DNA of 64,000 bases from an uncultured Acidobacteriota bacterium (GCA_963832365.1 CAWHUL010000030.1:85222-149221); one strand, 5' to 3'; counted from the stretch's first letter, positions 16,693 through 27,179 are shown. Notes: generated by a model from the sequence alone, not told the origin. Numbers and translations are program-made.

Positions 16693-19081
16693 ATGCGAAG
16701 GAACCTGCTTCGCCAGGAGTTCGGGAGCGTTTTCGCAAGGGGCATTGTCTTCCGCGGATCCGGTCCGATGCGCATCGAGGAACACGTGCGTTGGCGACAT
16801 GGCATCTTCGGGTTTTCGCTGCTGCTGCTTTGTTTCATCGTGGGCGGTTCATGGCAGCAGCGGCAAATGAAAGAAGCGGTACGGTTGCAGTTGCAGGGAA
16901 GGTCCGCCGCTGCGCTCGATCTGTATCAGTCGCTGCTGACGCGCAAGCCTGCTCTCGGCAAGGCCGATCAATCCAGATTATGGTCCCACATAGGCGAATG
17001 TTATTACGCGCTGGATGAGCCCGGCGAGGCATTCAACGCATACAACCGTGCTCTGGAACTCGATTCCGGACAATAGCTCCGCCCGATTGAAGCTGGGAGA
17101 GCTTTATCTGCTGGGTGGCTCCGCCGAGCAGGCGAGCCAAGAGGCAAGGCAGGTGATGGCTTCCGCCGGTCCGAGCGCCGACGCCTTTGAGTTGCTTGGC
17201 GCCGCTGCGGCTGCCGACGAGAATGCGTCCGTGGCCATGGAATCTTACCGCCTCACCCTGCAACTTGATCCTACGCGAATGAAGGTCGCTGTCTCGCTCG
17301 CCCAGCTCTTGAAGCGTGCAGGCAGAGACGAGGAAGCCCGGCAGGTATTGAAAGAAGCTGCCCATGCACAACCGCGGAGCGCGGCGCCTTACATGGAGCT
17401 CGGCCGTCTTGCCGAGCAGGACGCGCGTACCGAAGAGGCCGAGCAGGCCTATCGGAAGGCGGTTGAAATCGAGGACACGGTAGAAACCAAGCTGCACTTG
17501 GCGCTGTTTCTGGAACGCTCGGCGCGCATGGATGAGGCACAGAAGATTCTGGCCGCCGTGGACGTTTCCCGTCCCGAATCGCCGCCTGTTCTGGGAGATT
17601 TCGAGCTGCTGGCGGGCGAGCCCGTGCTCGCGGGCCGCAACTACGCCGGACGTCTACAGCGCGGCCCTGAGCCGGCATCGGCGGCACGAAGGGAGCACAG
17701 GAAGCAATATCGCACGCAGTTGATTTCGCGTCTGATCGAGGCGGATATTCAGGCCTTCCAGCGGAGCGAGCCCTCCCAGGTAACGCTGCTGATGAAATCA
17801 GCCCGTGAGCATCTTGCCGAATTTGGAGCCGAACTCGACCAAGCCACGCGGGCCATCCTGTCGGCAGAGATTGAACTCATCGATGGAGACCTGACGGTAG
17901 CGGCCGAAGAGGCTCGGAAAGCAGTGGGGATAGCGCCGGATTCACCGTCGGCACATTACGTCTTGGGATTGCTGCACCAAAGGATGGGCGACAGTGTGCG
18001 CGCGGTGACGGAGTGGCAGACAGCGTTGCAGACCCGCTCCGATTTTGTGCCGGCCAGCATCGCGCTTGCGGGCGTCGCTCTGCGGGCGGGCGATTTCGGC
18101 TTGGCGGAGCAGCATGTCGTTCCCGTGGTGCGGCGGGAGCCGAGCAATTTGCGGGCTTTAGTTATATTCGGCCGGGTGCTTATGGGCAAGGGACTCTACC
18201 AGGCAGCTCACGTCATTGCAAACCGTGTCGCCGCCCTTGACAAAGCATCGGTGCAAGCCAGCATTTTGCGCGGGGAAATCGCGCTGGCGGAGCATCAGAC
18301 GGCCAACGCCCTGCTCATCTACGAACAAGCCATGGTGCTCGATCCAACCTCGCCCGAAGCCATGCAGGGTCTGATCCGAACCTACGGCGAGGGAGAGGTT
18401 ACGCGCCCCATGCTGCTGCAGATGGAACAGTTCGCAGCCAGCGACAAAGATTTGTCGAGCCTCATGGAACTGACGGGACGCCTGTATGCCGAACGCGGTT
18501 GGACGAAGGATGCGATCCGCTGTCTGCGGCGCGCCTGCGAGATGGATCGGGAGCGCGATTCCGCCGCCGCAGCCGAGGCGAAGCTGCTCGCCCGCCATGG
18601 CCAGATGATCGCAGCCGCCGATTCGGCCATCAGGGTGCGCGAGCTTTCCACACTGCTGGCGGGAGTGAATGCCGAGCGCAAACACGATTCGGATGCGGCC
18701 GTCCGCAACTACGAAGCAGCCGTGCACGGCGGAGACAGCAGCGGAGTTTCGGCCAACAATCTTGCCTGGATTTATGCCCGGCAAGGACGCGAACTTGACC
18801 GGGCGCTGGCGCTGGCTATGCATGCGCGCGAGCTTGCGCCGGACGATCCCGCCGTGCTCGATACACTTGGAGTAGTGCACTTGGCGCGGCACGAGTACTC
18901 CCGTGCCGTCGCCGTGCTGGAACTCGCGCACTCTCTGGCCCAGTCGCTGGCCCAATCCAAAGGGCAGAGCGGGGCAGCCGTACTGGTTGAGGTGAAGCAT
19001 CATTTGTCGGAGGCCTATCTCCGCGCCGGCCAAACCGAGCAGGCTTCGCTACTGGACGGCAGCCATGTGCGCGCTCGCTGA
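16693..19081 (+). pseudogene. large TPR-repeat protein split by a 1-nt frameshift near 17064
   Basis: ORF 16693..17076 ends ...AYNRALELDSGQ*. ORF 17015..19081 continues IPDNSSARLKLGELYLLGG in another frame. Removing one T in GATTCCGGAC restores ALELDPDNSSARLKL. Confidence 0.75.
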
Positions 19082-19199
19082 CCAGAAGCGGGTATATATT
19101 GCTTTGAAGGGGACGGGCTTGAGCCCGTCCGTCACCAGCCAACAAAAATGCGGGCTTTAGCCCCTGAGGAAGCAAAGGCTGAATCTGTCATCAGCGTCC

Positions 19200-19734
19200 T
19201 TGCGCGCATCTCGTCTCTCGCGATACAACCGAAGAGTGTTCCTTTTGAGAGATTACCGGCTCGGCGACTTCGAAGAGCTGTATCGAATCGATACCGACTG
19301 CTTCGAGCCGGGGATTGCCTACTCCCGCGGTGAGTTGCAGAGCTATGTCCAGCGAAAGCAGTCATTCTGCATCATTGCTGAACTTGAACCCGCAAGCGGT
19401 AGCCGCGGAAGCGGCAGTCGATCCCAGCCAGATGAAACAACACCAGCGCATCGCCGGCTTCGTAGTTGTCGAACTGCAACGCCAAGCCATTGGACACGTC
19501 ATTACCCTCGATGTCCGTCGCGATTTTCGCCGCCACAAGCTTGGCAGCTTGCTGATGCAGGCGGCCGAAGAGAGAGTCCGCAAACTTGGCGGCTTCATGA
19601 TGCAGCTGGAGACGGCAGTGAACAATGCCGCGGCACTCGCATTCTATGAGCGGCATCGCTACAAAATCCTGAAGCGGTTGCCACGCTACTACTCCCACAA
19701 TCTGGATGCTTTGTTGCTGACGAAGCGGCTCTAA
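19200..19734 (+). pseudogene. GNAT-family N-acetyltransferase (RimI-like) split by a 1-nt frameshift
   Basis: The N-terminal part (LRDYRLGDFEELYRIDTDCFEPGIAYSRGELQSYVQRKQSFCIIAE) is in the frame of 19200. The acetyl-CoA-binding part (IAGFVVVELQRQAIGHVITLDVRRDFRRHKLGSLLM...AFYERHRYKI) is in the frame of 19315. The switch lies between about 19385 and 19440. Confidence 0.75.
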
Positions 19735-19752
19735 CAGCCAGGCAAAGAATAG

Positions 19753-19774
19753 GGGTACCCGGAATCGGGTACCC
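19753..19774. terminator. perfect 9-bp hairpin between convergent genes (possible bidirectional terminator)
   Basis: GGGTACCCG-gaat-CGGGTACCC. There is no clear U-tract. Confidence 0.35.
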
Positions 19775-19797
19775 ACCGGAGGGACATTCAGAGTTGC

Positions 19798-20043
19798 TTA
19801 TGCAACGTCCTCGTCGTCGCGATCTAACTCCCTGTCAGCAGGCGTTCCGGTTTTCTCTTCGGCCTTATTCATCGCGTCACGGCCAGCGTCTTTGATTTTT
19901 CCGAAGGCGTTCTGCACCTTGCCCTTGATCTGCTCTTTCGTGCCTTCGGCCTCAGCGTCTTTATCTCCGGTCCACTCGCCTACCTGCCGCTCAATACGGC
20001 CCTTGATGTCCTTCAGCTTACCTTCCACTCGATCCTTATCCAT
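19798..20043 (-). CDS. CsbD-family stress-response protein
   Basis: Start at the internal Met: MDKDRVEGKLKDIKGRIERQVGEWTGDKDAEAEGTKEQIKGKVQNAFGKIKD, a typical CsbD repeat pattern. Confidence 0.8.
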   Translation of the reverse strand: MDKDRVEGKLKDIKGRIERQVGEWTGDKDAEAEGTKEQIKGKVQNAFGKIKDAGRDAMNKAEEKTGTPADRELDRDDEDVA

Positions 20044-20155
20044 TTGCTTGTACTCCTTGTAATTCGTTAAGGCCTGGATGCCGGTTTCCATTTCGGGGAG
20101 ACAGGCGACTACCTCAGGCTGTTTGAACTCTGGCGGCGCGGCGACGCCACCGGCT

Positions 20156-20308
20156 TTACAAACTCATTCTTCGTCCTGAAATGAGCTGGAAAACCAAAGC
20201 GATCACCGCCAACACCAGCAGGATGTGAATGAATCCTCCGAACGTGTAGCTGCTGACTACGCCCAACAGCCACAAGACCAGAAGAATCACGAACAAAGTC
20301 CAAAGCAT
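20156..20308 (-). CDS. small membrane protein, lmo0937-like family (50 aa, below the ORF-track cutoff)
   Basis: My translation is MLWTLFVILLVLWLLGVVSSYTFGGFIHILLVLAVIALVFQLISGRRMSL. The tracked ORF 20109..20303 in another frame looks spurious. Confidence 0.6.
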   Translation of the reverse strand: MLWTLFVILLVLWLLGVVSSYTFGGFIHILLVLAVIALVFQLISGRRMSL

Positions 20309-20495
20309 AGTGTTCACCTCCGCCTGTTATGGGTGCTATCGTTTCAAGTTAGAGGGGGCAAGGGTGATCAGGGGTTGTGAGAAATCGAGGGTTCAAGCGC
20401 GATAGCCTAAGGGCTGAATTGTCAAGTTGCCTGGGGCAGGAGTCTGCAATTTTCAGGCCAGGGCAAATCCATGCTGACTAGCGCAATCCCCTGCT

Positions 20496-22067
20496 CTACT
20501 CGAATCCGATTTTTTCGCCGACGATCCGCGAGTGTTTCAGGAATCGTGTGTCGTTGTGAGCAGGGAAGTCCAGCCGATAATGCGCGCCTCGGCTTTCTTC
20601 GCGCGCCAGGGCGGCGCGTGCGATCAATTGGGCGATTGCAGCCAGGTTGTGGGCCTCCCATTCGCGCCGGCAGTGCGCTTCAGGCAGTTGGCCCTGCAAT
20701 TCTTTCAACGCGGCGATTGCTCCACGCAGCCGCTTCGCTTCGCGCACAATTCCGACATCACGCCACATCAAATCCTGAAGCGCGGAGATTTGGCATTCGA
20801 GAACAGGGTTGGAGAGGATCTGGCCGCCGTTGACCGCCTTCTTGCTCTTGGCGGAAGAGCCTTTCCCGTGCTTCACCAGACTTGCTTCGCTGCCCATGTA
20901 GCCGGCGGCCCGTGCGCCGTAAACAAGGCCTTCAAGCAGGGAATTGCTCGCCAGGCGATTGGCGCCGTGGACCCCCGTGCAAGCAGCTTCGCCGGCGGCA
21001 TAAAGTCCCGGAAGCGAGGTGCGGCCACACAGGTCGGTGCGAACGCCTCCCATCGCATAATGCGCCGCGGGGCGGATCGGCACCAGGTCAGTGCCCAGAT
21101 CGATGTTGTATTTCAGACAGGTGCTGTGAATGCGCGGGAATCGCTTCGCCAGGCGTTCGCCATTCATGTGCGTAAGGTCAAGATAGACGACCGGCTCACG
21201 CGCCGCAGAAATCTCAAGCTCATGGGCAATGGCGCGGGCGACGATGTCGCGCGGAGCCAACTCCGCCATGTCGTGGTACTTCGGCATGAAGCGGTCAAGA
21301 TTTGCGTTGCGCAAGTAAGCGCCTTCGCCGCGCAGAGCCTCGGAAAGCAGAAAGCGTGGCGCGTTCTTCAAATAGAGAGCTGTTGGATGGAATTGAATAA
21401 ATTCCATGTCGCTGATTTCGGCGCCCGCCCGGAAGGCCATCGCGACACCATCGCCCGTAGCGACTCCCGGGTTCGTGGTATTGGCGTAGATCTGGCCCAT
21501 GCCGCCAGTGGCCAGCATGACGGCTGCTGCCCTGATCTGTTCCTGCTCACCATTTTCGTTCAGCAGATTGATGCCGACCACGCTGCCGTCTTCCATCCAG
21601 AGGCCGGTGGCAAAACCAAATTCACGAAATGAAATGTGCTTGAGAGAGGCGGCGCGGTGGTAGAGTGCGCGGCCGATTTCGCGTCCCGTGGAGTCGCCGT
21701 TGGCGTGCAGCACGCGGCTGCGGCTGTGCGCGCCCTCGCGCGTGAATGAGAGCTTGGTCCCTTGCTTATCGAAGTGAGTGCCCCACTTGATGAGTTCCTC
21801 GATGCGCATGGGGCCTTCCTCGACCAGAATGCGCGCCGCGTCGCTGTTGCACAGGCCATCGCCGGCGACCAGCGTGTCCTGCAAATGCAGGCATATCTCG
21901 TCCTCATCGCTGAGAGCCACTGCGATGCCGCCCTGGGCATACTGCGTGTTCGATTCGCTGAGATCAAGCTTCGCCAGGCAGAGCACACGCCCGTAGGCCG
22001 ACAGCTCGATTGCAGCCCGCATGCCGGCGATGCCGGCGCCCACGACAATGAAATCCGTTTCCTGCAC
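20496..22067 (-). CDS. nadB: L-aspartate oxidase
   Basis: 523 aa. FAD fold DFIVVGAGIAGMRAA, and NadB/succinate dehydrogenase flavoprotein family text throughout (GGIAVAL, RLASNSLLEG). Confidence 0.9.
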   Translation of the reverse strand: MQETDFIVVGAGIAGMRAAIELSAYGRVLCLAKLDLSESNTQYAQGGIAVALSDEDEICLHLQDTLVAGDGLCNSDAARILVEEGPMRIEELIKWGTHFDKQGTKLSFTREGAHSRSRVLHANGDSTGREIGRALYHRAASLKHISFREFGFATGLWMEDGSVVGINLLNENGEQEQIRAAAVMLATGGMGQIYANTTNPGVATGDGVAMAFRAGAEISDMEFIQFHPTALYLKNAPRFLLSEALRGEGAYLRNANLDRFMPKYHDMAELAPRDIVARAIAHELEISAAREPVVYLDLTHMNGERLAKRFPRIHSTCLKYNIDLGTDLVPIRPAAHYAMGGVRTDLCGRTSLPGLYAAGEAACTGVHGANRLASNSLLEGLVYGARAAGYMGSEASLVKHGKGSSAKSKKAVNGGQILSNPVLECQISALQDLMWRDVGIVREAKRLRGAIAALKELQGQLPEAHCRREWEAHNLAAIAQLIARAALAREESRGAHYRLDFPAHNDTRFLKHSRIVGEKIGFE

Positions 22068-22325
22068 GAGCCCTCACCAGGTCATCGGTGCGATTTGTAC
22101 GATACAGGATATTGCGGCAATCCAGCAGAATTCCTGCATGAGCCTAATGCACCGTTGCAGGCAAATATATCATTGCAGCAGCGCTGCTATCGAACAACTT
22201 CGTGCTTTTGGCGAAGCTGCGCCAGGCCGAATACGCGGATGGTATACCCTGAAAGGAGCCGGGCGTCGCGCCCCGGCAGCATATTAGCCATACACCAACG
22301 CTGAAATTGCTCTAAAATAAATTAC

Positions 22326-23423
22326 TTGGTACGCGTAAGCATCAATACGATTTCGCGCCCGTATGAAGCCCTCATCGAGCAGGCGGTGCTGCGCTCCGCC
22401 GGGACTTATATACGGGAGGTGATGCCGAAGGCAGACAAGGTGTTCACCCTTACCGTGGCTCCTGTCCGCAAGCATTTCGGCAAAATCCTGGCGCAATCTT
22501 TTCAGGCGGCGAAGCTGGAGAATGTCTTCGTCGAGATGCCTAACGGAGAGCGTTACAAAACTCTTTCGACGGTTGAAGAGCTTGGCAGCCGGCTGGTGAA
22601 ACTAGGCGCGGACCGCGGTGCTACGTTGGTGGCGCTGGGCGGAGGCGTTGTGGGCGACGTGGGAGGATTCCTCGCGTCGATCTATATGCGGGGGATAGAG
22701 TTCATTCAGGTTCCGACGACTTTCCTCGCGCAGATCGATTCTTCCGTCGGCGGCAAGACGGGCGTGAACCTGACGCTCGGGAAAAACCTGCTTGGCGCCT
22801 TCAAACAGCCTTCCCTGGTGCTGATCGATCCCGATGTCCTGTTGACGTTGCCCGATCGGGAATACAGTTCAGGGTTGTTCGAGGCGCTGAAAACCGGAAT
22901 TATCCGCAACCCGCGTATTTTCGACTTCATGGTGGAAAACCGGGATCGCATTCTGCGGCGCGATCCGGGCACGATGGAGTGGCTGATCGCCGAGTGCGTG
23001 CGGGTAAAGGCGAGCGTGGTCAGCGAGGACGAGGAAGAGCATGGGCTGCGGAAGATTCTGAATTTCGGCCACACCATCGCGCACGCCCTGGAAGTGGAAA
23101 CGAGCTACCGGCACTTCCTGCACGGAGAGGCCGTGGCGTGGGGGATGATCGCGGCAACCATGATTTCCGCCGGAATGCAGAAAACCGATTCAACGACCGC
23201 GCAGCGGATTATCAGCGCAATTCTGTCATATGCCCCTCTGCCCAAGGTCGACGTGAAGCCGCGCAACGTTCTTCGCTGTTTGAAGCGCGACAAGAAGGTC
23301 ATCGGCGGCAAGATTCAGTGGGTGCTGCCGCTGGAGATTGGCAAGGCGGAGTTTGTGACGGATGCGCCTGAGCGCGCAATTTTGCAATCCATCGAAGAGC
23401 TTCGCTACCTGTCGCAAGCGTGA
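22326..23423 (+). CDS. aroB: 3-dehydroquinate synthase
   Basis: 365 aa. NAD-binding GGGVVGDVGGF, and metal ligands in NFGHTIAHALE...HGEAVAWG. Confidence 0.9.
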   Translation: MVRVSINTISRPYEALIEQAVLRSAGTYIREVMPKADKVFTLTVAPVRKHFGKILAQSFQAAKLENVFVEMPNGERYKTLSTVEELGSRLVKLGADRGATLVALGGGVVGDVGGFLASIYMRGIEFIQVPTTFLAQIDSSVGGKTGVNLTLGKNLLGAFKQPSLVLIDPDVLLTLPDREYSSGLFEALKTGIIRNPRIFDFMVENRDRILRRDPGTMEWLIAECVRVKASVVSEDEEEHGLRKILNFGHTIAHALEVETSYRHFLHGEAVAWGMIAATMISAGMQKTDSTTAQRIISAILSYAPLPKVDVKPRNVLRCLKRDKKVIGGKIQWVLPLEIGKAEFVTDAPERAILQSIEELRYLSQA

Positions 23424-24190
23424 TCGAGCCGGAATCCCTCATGCCGGAGCAAGATAAATCTTTGGGCGCGCGCACGGCTGAGGCACAGGACGAGCAGGCT
23501 GCCGCGCATGCGGTGCGCGACATGTTCACGGCAATCGCGCCGCGCTACGATCTGCTGAATCACGTTCTTTCGCTGAACACGGACCGCTATTGGTGGTGGC
23601 GCGCCTCTCGCAGCTTCCGGCATATTCTGCGGTGTCCGGGCGCGGACGTGCTGGACCTGTGCTGCGGCACCGGAGACATGAGCCTGGCGCTTTATCGGAG
23701 CGCCTCCCCGGAAGTGAAAATCGTAGGCGCGGATTTTTCCCCGGCGATGCTGGAGCGCGCGCGACGCAAGGCCGAGGGCCTGCCCGTGGAGTGGGTCGAG
23801 GCCGACGCGCTGGATATGCCGTTTCCCGCCGGCAGTTTCGCGCTGGTCGTCTCCGCTTTCGGCTTTCGCAACCTCGCCAACTACGATCGCGGACTCGACG
23901 AGATTTGCCGCGTCCTGAAAAGCGGCGGCGAAATCGGAATCCTCGATTTCGGCGAACCGCGAGGCCTGATCGGAAAACTCTACCGCCTTTATTTTCGTTA
24001 TGTCTTGCCTCGACTCGGCACGATGATCTCGGGTGTAAGCGGCCCTTACGCTTATTTGCCGGCATCCGTCGCGCGCTTTCCCGATCCCGAGGAGATGCTG
24101 GCGCGAATGCGGCGGGCAGGGTTTGAGCGGGCGCAATACACTCCCTACACCTTCGGCGTCGCCGGACTCTATCGGGCGGTGAAGCGCTGA
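23420..24190 (+). CDS. ubiE: demethylmenaquinone/ubiquinone C-methyltransferase
   Basis: 256 aa. FTAIAPRYDLLNHVLSLNTDRYWW and SAM motif VLDLCCGTGD. Confidence 0.85.
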   Translation: MIEPESLMPEQDKSLGARTAEAQDEQAAAHAVRDMFTAIAPRYDLLNHVLSLNTDRYWWWRASRSFRHILRCPGADVLDLCCGTGDMSLALYRSASPEVKIVGADFSPAMLERARRKAEGLPVEWVEADALDMPFPAGSFALVVSAFGFRNLANYDRGLDEICRVLKSGGEIGILDFGEPRGLIGKLYRLYFRYVLPRLGTMISGVSGPYAYLPASVARFPDPEEMLARMRRAGFERAQYTPYTFGVAGLYRAVKR

Positions 24191-24263
24191 ACTGCGGGCT
24201 GCGCGGCAGCCGGGATTTGGCAGCTTCGCCTCGTCCGCCATGTCAGAGTAAGCTCACGGCATT

Positions 24264-25700
24264 TTGCTGAATCAAATGGCAGAGCAGACACTCAACGCGG
24301 AAGCGATGCGCGCGGAAAAGCGCGGGGTTGCGCGCAATTCTGTTTTCGCCGCTCTGCTGATTACGGCCTTTAAGTTTGTCGTGGGCTTCTCTACCGGAAG
24401 CCTCGGCATTCTCTCCGAAGCGCTGCACTCCGGCCTCGACCTGGTGGCTGCTATCGTTACGTTGGTGTCGGTGCGGGTAAGCGACAAGCCCGCCGATGCC
24501 GACCACCAGTACGGCCACGGCAAGGTCGAGAGCTTTTCCGCCTTTATCGAGACAGGCCTGCTGCTCATCACGTGCGTCTGGATCGTCTATGAGGCTTTCA
24601 AGCGCCTGTTTCTGCACTCGGTTGAGATTGAGCCGAGCATCGCGGCCGTGCTGGTTATGCTTTTCTCCATCGGCGTCGATTTCTGGCGCTCGCGCGCCTT
24701 GAAGATCGTCGCTGACAAATACGACAGTCAGGCGTTGAGAGCCGACGCACTTCATTTCAGGACCGACATCTGGTCGAGCGCCGTCGTAATCCTCGGGCTT
24801 TTTCTCGTCTGGCTCGCCCGCATGTACAACCAGAATTGGCTCTTCAAGGCCGATCCTATCGCGGCGCTGTTCGTGGCGGTGATCGTCGTCCATGTGAGCT
24901 GGCGGCTGGCGAGGCAGACGATCGATGCATTGCTGGATGGCGCCCCGCACGGCATTCGCACACGGATCATTGATTCTGTCGATCGCTTGCCCGGAGTTCT
25001 GGAGGTTGACCGCGTGCGAATCAGGAGCGCGGGGAGCCGTTACTTTGTCGACCTTGCTATCGGACTCGGCAGAAACGTGACTTTCCAGGCATCGGAACAG
25101 GTCGCGCACAGGGTCACCGAAGCGGTTCGCCAGATGCTGCCGGGGGCCGATGTTGTGGTGAACACTGTCTCGCGGGCCGGGCACTGGGAAAATATCTTCG
25201 ATCGAATCCGCGCAGCCGCTTTGCGCAACAATCTGACGGTGCACGACATCAGCGTGCAGGACCTTGACGGAAAGCAGCACGTCGAACTTCATGTCGAACT
25301 CGATGAGAGGCTCACGCTGGTGGCGGCCCATGATCGCGTGACCGTGCTGGAAAGCGATATACGGGCGTCGGTGCCGGAAAGTTCATCGATTTTGACGCAT
25401 ATCGAAAGCGAGCCGGCGACGATTGAGACCAGCAACGAAATTGTGCGCGACGTGCGCCTCGAGGCGAAACTGAAAGCCATTGGAGGTCAGTTTCCGGAGG
25501 TGGTCGACGTGCATGAGATTCTGCTGAAGCGGGTGCGCGATCACTTGTTTCTTTCCTGTCACGTTACCATGCACGATAAACTGCCGCTCTCTCGCGTCCA
25601 TGACGTGCAGACGGCACTTGAGATCCGGTTCAAGACCGCGGCGCCGCAGTTGTTCAGAGTGCTGATTCATCCCGAGCCGCAGACCGATAACCGCCGTTAG
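24264..25700 (+). CDS. cation diffusion facilitator (CDF) transporter with three tandem C-terminal cytoplasmic domains
   Basis: 478 aa. TM domain with HSGLDLVAA and DHQYGHGK motifs, followed by three consecutive segments of about 85 aa with the CDF C-terminal-domain pattern. Confidence 0.8.
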   Translation: MLNQMAEQTLNAEAMRAEKRGVARNSVFAALLITAFKFVVGFSTGSLGILSEALHSGLDLVAAIVTLVSVRVSDKPADADHQYGHGKVESFSAFIETGLLLITCVWIVYEAFKRLFLHSVEIEPSIAAVLVMLFSIGVDFWRSRALKIVADKYDSQALRADALHFRTDIWSSAVVILGLFLVWLARMYNQNWLFKADPIAALFVAVIVVHVSWRLARQTIDALLDGAPHGIRTRIIDSVDRLPGVLEVDRVRIRSAGSRYFVDLAIGLGRNVTFQASEQVAHRVTEAVRQMLPGADVVVNTVSRAGHWENIFDRIRAAALRNNLTVHDISVQDLDGKQHVELHVELDERLTLVAAHDRVTVLESDIRASVPESSSILTHIESEPATIETSNEIVRDVRLEAKLKAIGGQFPEVVDVHEILLKRVRDHLFLSCHVTMHDKLPLSRVHDVQTALEIRFKTAAPQLFRVLIHPEPQTDNRR

Positions 25701-25727
25701 CCCCGTGGAATTGTTCTAGGAGATTCA

Positions 25728-26916
25728 TTGTCAAAGCAGGAAGACCAAGGCAACTGCAAAGTGAAAGTGATGGAGGAAGGTGTTGGGCGGGCCGCTGCCG
25801 GCACTGAACCGCGAATTCTTGCCAATCGAGTGAAGGGCTACCTGTGCGTCGCCACGGCCGCTCTGTTCTGGGGAATCTCGGCATCGATGGGCAGAGCGGT
25901 ATTCACCGGGCGGCTGAAGGTTGCGGGCCGCACGGTAGGCTACATACCGCCGATCATGCTGGCGCAGGCCCGCGTTACTTTCTCGTTTCTGATCCTGATG
26001 GCAGCGCTGCTGTGGATTCGAGGGCGGCGAGGCGTCGCCATGCAGCCGAGAGAGATCACTGCAGTGCGTGGCACTGGGGATTTTTGGGATCGCAGAATCG
26101 AATTTCTTTTATTACTTTGCCATCTCAAAGTCGACGGTGGCAACGGCCATCATCGTTCAGTACATGGGGGCGCCGGTATTTGTGCTGCTATACATGCTGG
26201 CCCGCGGTCGGCAGAGAGCGACGGTTTCACGCATTATGGGTGTGGTGCTGGCGGTAATAGGAAGCGAACTGGCAATCGGCGTGGTGGCCGGCAGGATTGG
26301 TTTTCCTTGGCTCGGACTGGAAATGCAGCGTTTGAAATTTCAAATTCTGGGAGTGGCATCGGCGCTGCTGGCCGCCGTTGGCTTTGCTTTCTGGAATATC
26401 TACGCCGGAAGTCTCGTCGAGACTGGCGATCGCTGGCGGGTTATGGTGTGGGCGATGTTCGGCGCGGCCATGGGATGGATCGTAATCAATCCGCCGACCC
26501 GGATTATCGCAGCCCACTACGAACCGCAGCAGTGGCTGTTCCTGTTGATCTTCGCTGTGTCCTCTTGCCTGATTCCGTTTTCGCTGTATTTGTGGGGCTT
26601 GGTGCACCTCGACCCGACGCGGGCGATTGTGACCAGTTGCCTGGAGCCTGTTTTCGCCGTAATCATTGCCGCCGTTGCGCTGGGCGAAACCTTAAATCCA
26701 ATTCAGATTTTTGGCATGGTCGTGGTGCTGACGGCAACCATCCTTGTGCAGATTCCGGAGCGGGGGACGCGGCCAATAGTTCCGCCTGCGGCTCCGGGTG
26801 CGCGTCACCACAAGCGGGAACAGATTGTCATTCCTGGAGTAATCTACTTTGCCTTCAGGCTCCGGATGTACTTCACCATCGCGTCCAGACCTTTATCGCC
26901 GAGCGCGGGACCGTAA
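25728..26916 (+). pseudogene. EamA/DMT-family transporter split by a frameshift near 26050-26065
   Basis: Residues up to ...GVAMQPREI (frame of 25728) are EamA-like (KGYLCVATAALFWGIS). The continuation LQCVALGIFGIAESNFFYYFAISK... is in the frame of 26068. The true C-terminus is uncertain and the tail overlaps the convergent cytochrome c gene. Confidence 0.7.
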
Positions 26917-27179
26917 GCCGGCATCTTGCCTTTGCCTTTGGCGATGGCGTTGCGGATCTGAGCATCGCTCTGGCCTTGAACCCCCTGAGCGGTGAGATCG
27001 GCGGCCTGCAACGTCTTGCCCGCGGGCGTTTGCGAGCGGCCGTCGGCTCCATGGCACAAGACACAATTCTTAGCGAAGACCGTCCCCGCATCGGCTAAGT
27101 TCTGCGCACCGGAAATAACCGAGCCGGCAAGCAGGACAGCGGCGAACAACGCTATTTTCTTTCTCATCGATTGCGGCAC
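26844..27179 (-). CDS. small class I c-type cytochrome
   Basis: 111 aa with a signal peptide, haem motif CVLCH and a distal Met in GKMPAYG. Confidence 0.8.
   Translation of the reverse strand: MPQSMRKKIALFAAVLLAGSVISGAQNLADAGTVFAKNCVLCHGADGRSQTPAGKTLQAADLTAQGVQGQSDAQIRNAIAKGKGKMPAYGPALGDKGLDAMVKYIRSLKAK

Noticed and set aside
20532-21632. 366-aa ORF on the plus strand
   Set aside because: It is antisense to nadB. Shadow ORF.
24243-25331. 362-aa ORF on the minus strand
   Set aside because: It is antisense to the CDF transporter. It has no hydrophobic or catalytic pattern of its own.
25728-27098. 456-aa ORF taken as one protein
   Set aside because: Only the first ~105 aa are EamA-like. The rest is Arg/Gly-rich out-of-frame text, and the genuine continuation is in the frame of 26068.
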